A DNA stretch of 64,000 bases from contig CP064958.1 in assembly GCA_016699085.1 (NCBI GenBank), forward strand, positions 67,785 to 131,784. The letters are read 5' to 3'. The position numbers were made by a program, and so were the translations under genes. This document shows, in pieces, positions 56,691 to 64,000 of the stretch; positions within the stretch are counted from its first letter, which is position 1, and each line of letters starts with the position of its first letter. The stretch comes from Candidatus Nomurabacteria bacterium (lineage in GTDB: Bacteria > Patescibacteriota > Minisyncoccia > Phycocordibacterales > UBA9973). The notes under the pieces were generated by a model. The model was not told the origin of the DNA. It saw nothing but the letters and a program-made list of their open reading frames with translations, and did no database searches.

Positions 56691-57251
56691 CTACGAAGAT
56701 GCAATATCTATCGTCAAAATCTTGGCTTCACCATATGTTTTGCCAGCATCACTTTCTCCAACTAGACGATAATTATACGTTGTGCCTGCCGTAATACCAT
56801 AGATTATCTCACTAATATTGCCTTCAGCGGTATTTTGAGTTTTGCGCGGTGTTGACTGGATGGCGCCTTTAATACCATTACTATCAACAGTCCAGTATTC
56901 GAACCAACTCACCACATATGCACCGTTTGCTTTAAATGTGCCATTAACGATCACTTTCGCAGGAGGTGTATCAGTACATGGTGCTGCACCTGCTACCGGT
57001 AGCCCACAACCATAGCCGCTATAGGTGTATGACAGTGTAGTAATAGTTGGTTTCTTTACTTGGGAAGTCGGTGCAGTAGGATTTTGAGTGCCTGTAGTAT
57101 CTTCTGTTGTATTTACAATTTCTGCTGGGACTGTCGCATTAACATTGTCAACTATATTTTTAGATTTACACATAACCCCAATACTTATCCCAATAAGCAG
57201 AATAAATACGCCTAATATCCCAACAATAATTTTCTGTTTAGTGTCTGTCAT
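56691..57251 (-). CDS. Membrane-anchored extracytoplasmic hypothetical protein (186 aa).
   Basis: N-terminal transmembrane segment. Confidence 0.4.
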   Translation of the reverse strand: MTDTKQKIIVGILGVFILLIGISIGVMCKSKNIVDNVNATVPAEIVNTTEDTTGTQNPTAPTSQVKKPTITTLSYTYSGYGCGLPVAGAAPCTDTPPAKVIVNGTFKANGAYVVSWFEYWTVDSNGIKGAIQSTPRKTQNTAEGNISEIIYGITAGTTYNYRLVGESDAGKTYGEAKILTIDIASS

Positions 57252-57286
57252 ATAAAATAGATGTTTTAATTAATAAAAAATAATTT

Positions 57287-57844
57287 TTAAAATTTCACTT
57301 CCACCGTCTGCTGTGCAACATCGTTATCAGGCAAATCAAAGAATTCCATTTTCTTGAATGAAAACATGTTGGCAACAATATTACTTGGCACAGATTCAAT
57401 CTTGATATTGAGATCTCGGACATTAGTATTATAAAATCTCCGAGCGGCTTGAATTTTGTTTTCAGTATCAGAGAGCTCACGCTGAAGTTCAAGGAAGTTT
57501 ACATTAGCCTTGAGATCTGGATACGCTTCGGCAATACCAAAGAGTCCGGTCACCGCACCAGCAAGCATTGCTTCGCCTTTAGCGTGTTCTCCAACAGTTT
57601 TAGCGCCCATCGCAGCAGCGCGAGCTTGAGTGACTTTTTCAAATGCACTGGATTCGTGGGCAGCATAACCTTTAACCGTGCTCACGAGGTTAGGGATAAG
57701 ATCATAGCGGCGCTTGAGTTGAACTTCGATATCTGCCCAAGCTTCTTTAGTACGATTGCGTAATGTAACAAAACTGTTGTACATGACAACCAAACTCACA
57801 ACAAGTAGTGCAATGATTATTAATATAATAATTCCTGTAGACAT
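57287..57844 (-). CDS. LemA-family protein. The start is probably the Met at 57844.
   Basis: 'LVVMYNSFVTLRNRTKEAWADIEVQLKRRYDLIPNLV' LemA signature. Confidence 0.8.
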   Translation of the reverse strand: MSTGIIILIIIALLVVSLVVMYNSFVTLRNRTKEAWADIEVQLKRRYDLIPNLVSTVKGYAAHESSAFEKVTQARAAAMGAKTVGEHAKGEAMLAGAVTGLFGIAEAYPDLKANVNFLELQRELSDTENKIQAARRFYNTNVRDLNIKIESVPSNIVANMFSFKKMEFFDLPDNDVAQQTVEVKF

Positions 57845-57872
57845 AGTAGTAGTAAAAAGTGAATAGTAAATT
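57845..57872. repeat. Heptad array TAGTAGT/AGTAAAA/AGTGAAT/AGTAAAT directly abutting the LemA start codon.
   Basis: Direct reading. Confidence 0.55.
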
Positions 57873-57968
57873 GAGGACCAGACGACATTGTAAGTATAGC
57901 AAAGAATCAAGGATTATTCCCTGTTTGACTTTATTTATTTTTTGTTCTAAAGTAATAAAAACATACAA

Positions 57969-58382
57969 ATGGAAGAATATACACTGAGCATACATGACGT
58001 AAGAGAATTCGCTGCTGGAGGGCTACGAAAAACTATCCCCCAGCTTGTTGGGTCGATTACTGAGACTCTAGACAAGATCAGGCTATATACCGAAAAAAAA
58101 GATATTAACCTAAAGGATCTTTTCAAAGGTATAGAGAAAGCAGACCGGAATTGCGGAAAAATAATAGCTTTTGTAACATATGCTGAGAACGAAAAATTAT
58201 ATGGTATAACCAATGCAAGGAAGGTCGAAATACATACTTTACTTACTACAGTTTGTGACTTGTATACACAATTTCTAAAGTATATTCAAATAAAAACTGA
58301 AACCAACAAAGAAATATTAGATGTTATGTTGCCTCAAACCTCCCAAAATATTGCAACGGTAAGAATAATGTTAGATATTTAA
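57969..58382 (+). CDS. Hypothetical protein (137 aa).
   Basis: ORF followed by a terminator. Confidence 0.35.
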   Translation: MEEYTLSIHDVREFAAGGLRKTIPQLVGSITETLDKIRLYTEKKDINLKDLFKGIEKADRNCGKIIAFVTYAENEKLYGITNARKVEIHTLLTTVCDLYTQFLKYIQIKTETNKEILDVMLPQTSQNIATVRIMLDI

Positions 58383-58389
58383 AAAAAAT

Positions 58390-58422
58390 TAAAAAACCAC
58401 ATATGAATGTGGTTTTTCTTTT
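58390..58422. terminator. Rho-independent terminator, bidirectional.
   Basis: ACCACAT-atga-ATGTGGT followed by TTTTT. Confidence 0.65.
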
Positions 58423-58430
58423 TGATAGAT

Positions 58431-59354
58431 TTAATTTTTCCCAATCCTTTCTCGGCGCTTTCGGGAATAATTTTCCCAGGTAACCAAGAGTGGTGAAGCC
58501 AAGAATATACTCGAGTACGTTCCGAAAAACATTCCCGCTGTAAGCATAATAGCAAAATAGCGAGTTGATGAAGGTCCAAAAAAGACAAGCGCCAAAAGGA
58601 CAAGAATAACAGTAAGCGACGTACTGATAGATCGAGTAAATGTCTGCCTGATACTTGTTCCAACAATATGCTCAAATGACTCATTATCCTTATGCTCTTT
58701 ACTCAAGTTTAGATTTTCTCGAATACGATCAAAGACTACGATAGTATCTGAGACTGAAAGTCCTAAAATTGTGAGTACAGCTACGATAATAAGTGTATCA
58801 ACTTCAATGCCTTGATAGTGGGCAACAATAGCAAAAATACCAGTCGGAATAAGGACATCATGAAGCAAAGTCGCAATAGCGATCAAACCATATTTCCATG
58901 ACTGGATAGGTTTTGAAACTTTACGAAAAGCATACGTGATGAAAAACACAATACCAAGCGAGACTAATATTATTGAGACGATTGACTTGTGCTTGAGCTC
59001 TTTGCCGACTGAAGGGCCAATAGAATTAAATGAGATTTCAGCGAGCTTGCCACTGCTTGCTTTTGATAATGTGGCCAAGAGTTCTTGGTGTTCAGGCTCT
59101 GACAGGCTTCGAGTTTTAATAATAAGACCGGTTTCTTCTGTTGGTTGAAGCAGTGCCTCAATATCACTAGCACGCAAGGCTTCCTGCAACACAACGACAT
59201 CTGGTCGATCGGCACTGTATAGCACCTCAGTAATTGATCCGCCACGGAAATCAATACCGAAATTAAGCTTGAAAATAAAAAGTGAGATGATTGATGCAAT
59301 CACCAAAAGAATCGAGAAGCCTATGAAGAAATTTTTGTGTTTAATAATAAACAT
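58431..59354 (-). CDS. secF: Protein translocase subunit SecF.
   Basis: 6 transmembrane helices and SecF motifs ('GPSVGKEL', 'DTIVVFDRIREN'). Confidence 0.9.
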   Translation of the reverse strand: MFIIKHKNFFIGFSILLVIASIISLFIFKLNFGIDFRGGSITEVLYSADRPDVVVLQEALRASDIEALLQPTEETGLIIKTRSLSEPEHQELLATLSKASSGKLAEISFNSIGPSVGKELKHKSIVSIILVSLGIVFFITYAFRKVSKPIQSWKYGLIAIATLLHDVLIPTGIFAIVAHYQGIEVDTLIIVAVLTILGLSVSDTIVVFDRIRENLNLSKEHKDNESFEHIVGTSIRQTFTRSISTSLTVILVLLALVFFGPSSTRYFAIMLTAGMFFGTYSSIFLASPLLVTWENYSRKRRERIGKN

Positions 59355-59366
59355 AATATGTAATGA

Positions 59367-60785
59367 TTATGAATGAGTAGTTTTTCTTGCAGACGTAATC
59401 CCCGAACCAAATAAGAATCCAGAAAGTTTGGTGGTCTTTGTAATATTTAGTGCATACAAAAACAATCGTGTAAATGAAATAGCTGATAGTAATGACACCA
59501 ATACGCCGAGTCCAAATGTAAGCGCAAACCCTTTGACGAGTGATGTACCAAACCAAAAGAGAATAATCGCTGTAATTATGCTTGAAAGATTTGAATCACG
59601 AATCGAAAACCATGCACGAGAGAAACCCACTTTAATTGCTTCATCTAGTGATCGTCCATGAAGACGGATTTCTTCTTTGATTCTTTCAAAAATAAGCACA
59701 TTGGCATCCACTGCAATACCGATTGATATGACAAACCCAGCAATACCAGCCGCAGACAACGTCACTGGCAAGAGCTTGAAGATTGCAAGCATGATTGAAA
59801 TATAGAGTAGAAGTGCAATTACAGAAATCACACCCGGCAATCGATACCAGAATATGAGAAAGAGTGCGATAGCCAGAAAACCAATAACACCCGCTCGAAC
59901 TCCATCTGCTGCTGCCTCGGCACCAAGTGTCGCACCAATAGTTTGTGTAGAAATAAGTTCAATAGGTACAGGCAATGCACCAGAATTCAATCGGCCAACT
60001 AATTGCTTGGCTTCTTGTGGGGTGAAATTGCCACTGATTTGAGCCTGACCATTTGGGATAGCTTCTTGAACTGTTGGTGCAGACAATAGTGCCCCATCCA
60101 AGAATATTGCAACAGTTTTACCAACATTATCAGCGGTGATTTGTGCAAATAATTCTGTGCCTTTTTCATCAAACTGCAGCGAAACAATCGGCACTTGTGT
60201 TGTTGGATTAAATTCTAGTGTTGCGTGTTTCAAATACCGACCTGTGAGTTCGGTTGCAATAAATTGGCTATCTGTTAGCTCATCGGAAGAAGCAACTGGA
60301 ATCTTTATCTCTCCGTTTACTGCTTGACTTGGATCAATTTCAACTGACGTTGTACCACCTTCTGGATTTTCAACTTTAAATTCCAAAAGTGGTGTCTGTC
60401 CGATAAGTTCGATTGCTTGATGAATATCGGTAACTCCTGGCAAGTCAATCAAGAGGCGCTCTTCGCCTTGGTTAGCAAAATTACCTTCTTGGACTTGAAC
60501 AACAGGTTCAGAGACACCAAAGAGATTCACTCGTCGCTCTATGACATCACGAAGTGCATCCATGGAGTCTTTGACATCTGCAGATTCTAATTGTGATATG
60601 TCTGCGCGATAGACTAGGTGTGATCCACCTGAGAGATCAAGACCTAACTTGAAAGGATAGTTGATAAACCATGACGGGACACCAATAGAACGATTTTCTT
60701 TAGCGATCGTGGAACCATACACGAAATACCCGACAAGGATGCCGGCTAATAAAACGAGTATAGCGATAATGCGTGTTTTCCACAT
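59367..60785 (-). CDS. secD: Protein translocase subunit SecD.
   Basis: Periplasmic domain plus a C-terminal 6-transmembrane region ('VDANVLIFERIKEE'). Confidence 0.9.
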   Translation of the reverse strand: MWKTRIIAILVLLAGILVGYFVYGSTIAKENRSIGVPSWFINYPFKLGLDLSGGSHLVYRADISQLESADVKDSMDALRDVIERRVNLFGVSEPVVQVQEGNFANQGEERLLIDLPGVTDIHQAIELIGQTPLLEFKVENPEGGTTSVEIDPSQAVNGEIKIPVASSDELTDSQFIATELTGRYLKHATLEFNPTTQVPIVSLQFDEKGTELFAQITADNVGKTVAIFLDGALLSAPTVQEAIPNGQAQISGNFTPQEAKQLVGRLNSGALPVPIELISTQTIGATLGAEAAADGVRAGVIGFLAIALFLIFWYRLPGVISVIALLLYISIMLAIFKLLPVTLSAAGIAGFVISIGIAVDANVLIFERIKEEIRLHGRSLDEAIKVGFSRAWFSIRDSNLSSIITAIILFWFGTSLVKGFALTFGLGVLVSLLSAISFTRLFLYALNITKTTKLSGFLFGSGITSARKTTHS

Positions 60786-60827
60786 AATTTACTGCCCTAT
60801 TCTAGCGATTTATAGGAAAAATGCAAC

Positions 60828-61139
60828 CTAGTTCTCTTTTTTGTCTTGAGGAAAATGGTCACGAATGTCTGTAATGGAGACAGGCACTGTCTGACTTGCA
60901 GGATTATCAACACCTAGTAACGGAAAGACATCAACTTGCAATTGAGAAGGATATTTCGAGGCAACAATACCTTTTTCAAGATTACCAGCAGAAGTACCAT
61001 CTGAATTCGTAATTTTGTAGACTACTATCTCACCGACCTGTATGGCATTGAAATATTCAACATCTACTATTTCATACGGACGACCATGTTTATTTATTTT
61101 GCTATTTAAAGAATCCAATGGATTTTTTCGATTTTCCAT
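60828..61139 (-). CDS. Hypothetical protein (103 aa).
   Basis: ORF only. Confidence 0.35.
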   Translation of the reverse strand: MENRKNPLDSLNSKINKHGRPYEIVDVEYFNAIQVGEIVVYKITNSDGTSAGNLEKGIVASKYPSQLQVDVFPLLGVDNPASQTVPVSITDIRDHFPQDKKEN

Positions 61140-61144
61140 ATAAA

Positions 61145-61870
61145 TTATTTTTCTACTTTTGTAATAGCGTCGATGAATGCTGCCAAAGGTTGTGCTCCAT
61201 TAATGAGCGTTGTTCCTATGATAACTGATGGTGTTCCATTGATACCAAAACTTTGACCTTCAATATAATCTGCCTGAATGCTAGCTTTATACGCATCTAT
61301 ATTTGCATCAACAGCAGCAGATACTTTACTTTGGTCAATGCCAGAAATCCCTTGAGTAACATCTTCAATACTTGTCCTATCTCCAAATCCTTCACCACCT
61401 TCCTCATCTTGCATTGCATACATCGCTTCGCGCCAAGTAAAATATTGCTCAGGGTAAAGTTCCCACACTGCCCGATCAAATAAGGCAGCTTCTATCGAGT
61501 CGGGACCCAAGAATACAAAGTCTTTAAACACAATTTTCATTTTACCTGTATCGACATAATCACGCTTGAGTGTTGGCAATACTTCTGTTTCAGTTTTTTT
61601 ACAAAATGGACATTGATAATCACTCCAGTAGACCATCGTTATGGGTGCATTTGATACACCAATAAATGGATCCTCTCTTACTTCGACATTTTTAATATCA
61701 ACCTCTTGGAGAGTCGGTTCTGCAGGGTTTGGTTTTGGTGTCGCTGTTTTTGGAGTACCATTTATGCCAGTAAAATAAATAGTGAGCGATATCATAACTC
61801 CAGCAATAAGAATTGATGCAGGAATCGATAGCTTCATTTTTGATTTTTCATTTGATAGTTGTTCTTCCAT
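61145..61870 (-). CDS. DsbA-like thiol:disulfide oxidoreductase, membrane-anchored.
   Basis: N-terminal transmembrane segment and a 'YQCPFC' CxxC active site. Confidence 0.75.
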   Translation of the reverse strand: MEEQLSNEKSKMKLSIPASILIAGVMISLTIYFTGINGTPKTATPKPNPAEPTLQEVDIKNVEVREDPFIGVSNAPITMVYWSDYQCPFCKKTETEVLPTLKRDYVDTGKMKIVFKDFVFLGPDSIEAALFDRAVWELYPEQYFTWREAMYAMQDEEGGEGFGDRTSIEDVTQGISGIDQSKVSAAVDANIDAYKASIQADYIEGQSFGINGTPSVIIGTTLINGAQPLAAFIDAITKVEK

Positions 61871-61928
61871 ACATATATATTACAGTTAATAGTTTAACTT
61901 TGGTAGTATACCACAGTGTATAAAGGAT

Positions 61929-62516
61929 CTATTTTAATCCACCAAAAGCAACCATGTGCTTTATTTTCGGCCGTAAAAAATAATATACACTATAGGCAAT
62001 ACTGCCACCGAGCACATACCCTGCGAGTATATCGATCGGATAATGAATACCAGAAGCTATACGTGCAAGACCAATCAATAATGCTCCTAGCATAAAAAGA
62101 TACCCGATTGGTTTATGGTAGATATACAATGCAACTGCAAGTCCCGCAAAAATGGTTGCATGACCCGAAGGAAATGAGTCATGGATCCCGGATATGGTGA
62201 TAAGAGTCTGCAGGGTTGTATCTGTGATAAATGGCCTCGCCTCGCCAAAAATAACTTTAAGCAGCATCACAATACCCCACGACAAAAGACCAGTGCATAT
62301 AATACTGCCTATTTCAATCATTTTTCTACGTATGGCATACCATGTCAGTGGAGCTGCGTCGCGATCTTTATGCACGAGTATAAACAGGAAAATACCTAAG
62401 CAAAAAACAAATGGGAATAAATCTGCAAAAAATATTATAGTCGTATCAAGCGACGTATATCTAAAACTAAACGCATGGATATAGGCAAATACTATATTAT
62501 TAATTTCCGCGATCAT
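61929..62516 (-). CDS. PAP2-family phosphatase (undecaprenyl-diphosphatase-like).
   Basis: 'KVIFGEARP', 'PSGHA', 'SGIHYPIDILAG' PAP2 motifs. Confidence 0.75.
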   Translation of the reverse strand: MIAEINNIVFAYIHAFSFRYTSLDTTIIFFADLFPFVFCLGIFLFILVHKDRDAAPLTWYAIRRKMIEIGSIICTGLLSWGIVMLLKVIFGEARPFITDTTLQTLITISGIHDSFPSGHATIFAGLAVALYIYHKPIGYLFMLGALLIGLARIASGIHYPIDILAGYVLGGSIAYSVYYFLRPKIKHMVAFGGLK

Positions 62517-63324
62517 ATGTTGCTGCTAAAAGTAAATTACGAAATAAAATCGCAATAGTTATAGGACCTATACCCCCTGGAACTGGTGTAAAAATACCTG
62601 CCAAAGAACTGCAAGCTTCATCAATGTCCCCTTGAATGATACCACCTTCTTCACTTGTACCTGCATCAAGCAGTATGACTCCTTGTTTAATCATGTCTGG
62701 CTTGATCAGTGAAGGACTGCCGGCACCTGAAATAATAATGTCTGCGTTTCGTATTGTGTCGTTAAAATCTAAACTATCACGAGTAAGAATTGTAGGACTA
62801 AGACCTTTTGATTCTAACCAGTACGAGATCGGTAACCCAACTAATTTCCCTTTGCCTATAATAACAATCTTTTTGTCTACAAGATCCACGTGCTCCTGAT
62901 TGAAAATTTCTGCAACCGCTCCAACAACAGGTGGCAAGTACGACTGTACACCTTTGCGTAGATTTTCAAGTCCGTGTGAAGATAAAACATCTACGTCTTG
63001 CTCGACTGGCACGTTCTCCAACACCTTACTAGTATCAATATGTTCTGGTAGTGGCAGTTGGACAATAATACCTGTAGCATGAGTATGAGTTTGGATAGCC
63101 TCAATAAGCATGTCAGTTGTTGTGGCCTGTGGTAATTTAATAACGTTAGTATGAACACCAATAGCCGACCCAAATTTTTCTTTATACTTAATAAAAATAT
63201 CAATAACTGAATTTTCCCCTACATAAAAAATGACGAGTTCTGGGCGTACAGAAAAAGCTTTGACTTCTTCGATAAGTGCAAGTTTGATGGTATCTCGTAT
63301 TTGCTTGCCATCGATTCTGCGCAT
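62500..63324 (-). CDS. folD: Bifunctional methylene-THF dehydrogenase/cyclohydrolase.
   Basis: 'IDGKQI', 'PGGIGPITIAILF' FolD signatures. Confidence 0.85.
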   Translation of the reverse strand: MRRIDGKQIRDTIKLALIEEVKAFSVRPELVIFYVGENSVIDIFIKYKEKFGSAIGVHTNVIKLPQATTTDMLIEAIQTHTHATGIIVQLPLPEHIDTSKVLENVPVEQDVDVLSSHGLENLRKGVQSYLPPVVGAVAEIFNQEHVDLVDKKIVIIGKGKLVGLPISYWLESKGLSPTILTRDSLDFNDTIRNADIIISGAGSPSLIKPDMIKQGVILLDAGTSEEGGIIQGDIDEACSSLAGIFTPVPGGIGPITIAILFRNLLLAATYDRGN

Positions 63325-63998
63325 TATATGCTTTGCAATAATACTGCTATTGCTTTTTCTAGCTCCTCCTTTGGTTCCCAGCCCAAAAGCTCTTTTGCAA
63401 GTGTTATATCTGCACAGCTGTCTTTGGCTTCTGGTCGAGCTGGTAATGATGTCGTATCGCCGCCAAAAATCTTTGCTAGTGCTTGTATCGAGATACTTTG
63501 ACCACCGCCAACATTTATCACTTCCCCTTTCCCAACATTAACAGAATCCATAGCGAGCAGATTAGCTCGAACAACATCATAGACATGAGTAAAATCTCTG
63601 GTTTGAGTTCCATCACCTATAATCGGTAGTGGTTGGCCTTCTTTGGTTAGCTTGGCAAATTTGGCAATGACACCTGCGTAAGATCCATTTGGATCTTGGC
63701 GTGGGCCATAAATATTGAAGTAACGAAGTGAGACTGTTTGTAAGCCATAGATGGAACTAAAGATGCGACAATATAATTCACCAACATACTTCTGAATTCC
63801 ATATGGATGTAATGGTTTAGCTTCAAAACTTTCCTTCATCTTTGGAGCCTGCTGTTCACCATATGCTGAACTCGATGCAGAGTAAATAACTCGACGGACA
63901 CCTGCCTTATGAGCAGCGTGAAGCACAGTGAGTGTGCCAGTGATGTTAGCATGGTTGGTTTCCAATGGATGTTCAATAGACAATGGCACTCGCGGCAA
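63324..63998 (-). CDS. NAD-dependent sugar epimerase/dehydratase, C-terminal part. The N-terminus lies beyond the window end.
   Basis: 'YSASSSAYG' (catalytic Sx) and a 'YxxxK'-region; the ORF is open at the window edge. Confidence 0.65.
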   Translation of the reverse strand: MPRVPLSIEHPLETNHANITGTLTVLHAAHKAGVRRVIYSASSSAYGEQQAPKMKESFEAKPLHPYGIQKYVGELYCRIFSSIYGLQTVSLRYFNIYGPRQDPNGSYAGVIAKFAKLTKEGQPLPIIGDGTQTRDFTHVYDVVRANLLAMDSVNVGKGEVINVGGGQSISIQALAKIFGGDTTSLPARPEAKDSCADITLAKELLGWEPKEELEKAIAVLLQSI

Positions 63999-64000
63999 TG

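Noticed and set aside
57845-57910. N-terminal 'MILCYTYNVVWSSIYYSLFTTT' of the LemA ORF.
   Set aside because: This is a translation of the heptad repeat array. LemA homology begins at the internal Met (57844).
3974-63541. Numerous 60-150-aa ORFs on the strand opposite long, homology-supported genes (for example 3974..4183, 5356..5802, 6092..6469, 11221..11556, 11633..12016, 17455..18060, 29164..29346, 49886..50248, 51582..52205, 62636..63082).
   Set aside because: They are fully embedded antisense to CDSs with strong family signatures. Their translations are low-complexity with no motifs.

Overview
This is an AT-rich (mid-30s % GC by eye) bacterial chromosomal segment, densely coding and mostly on the minus strand.

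**Content**
- Housekeeping genes: dnaE, thrS, gyrB, a PheS-like Phe-tRNA synthetase, secD and secF (split), folD, msrB, tag, htpX, and a type-III glutamine synthetase (glnN).
- Envelope and glycosylation genes: GT4, GT2, a Wzx-like flippase, PAP2, a DsbA-like protein, DedA, SPFH, LemA.
- One tRNA-Ser(GGA).
- Many small secreted or membrane hypothetical proteins.

The gene content points to a reduced-genome, CPR/Patescibacteria-like organism: a four-helix-bundle protein gene (PF05635-like), separate secD and secF, many orphan secreted proteins and few biosynthetic genes. This is inference only.

**Most notable region (about 42.0-52.2 kb, minus strand)**
A co-oriented cluster, in transcription order:
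- a protein with a KR-type twin-arginine-like signal;
- a 949-aa Thr/Gly-rich protein with about six internal 45-aa repeats;
- a coiled-coil protein with a glucosaminidase-like segment;
- tatC;
- two unannotated tandem tatA genes;
- a secreted protein ending in a tandem dockerin-like module;
- two C-terminally membrane-anchored proteins with cohesin-like N-terminal domains.

I read this as a candidate Tat-linked cohesin-dockerin surface-assembly/adhesion system.

**Other points**
- A 7-bp-periodic 'TAGTGAA/TAGTAAA' repeat array abuts five start codons.
- A 54-bp perfect palindrome and a near-copy flank a PaaX-like regulator just upstream of a 1000-aa surface protein carrying a C39-like peptidase domain.
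- A DoxX membrane protein has a metallothionein-like Cys-rich tail.
- An AAA_28 P-loop kinase domain is fused to a CYTH domain.
- The PheRS has a mitochondrial-type architecture (PheS core plus FDX-ACB domain).
- An alkyltransferase-like protein is tightly coupled to a UvrD-helicase/Fe-S-nuclease fusion.
- One protein looks beta-carbonic-anhydrase-like.
- glnN has GC-enriched, atypical codon usage.

All calls are from reading the sequence and translations by eye; no database search was possible.
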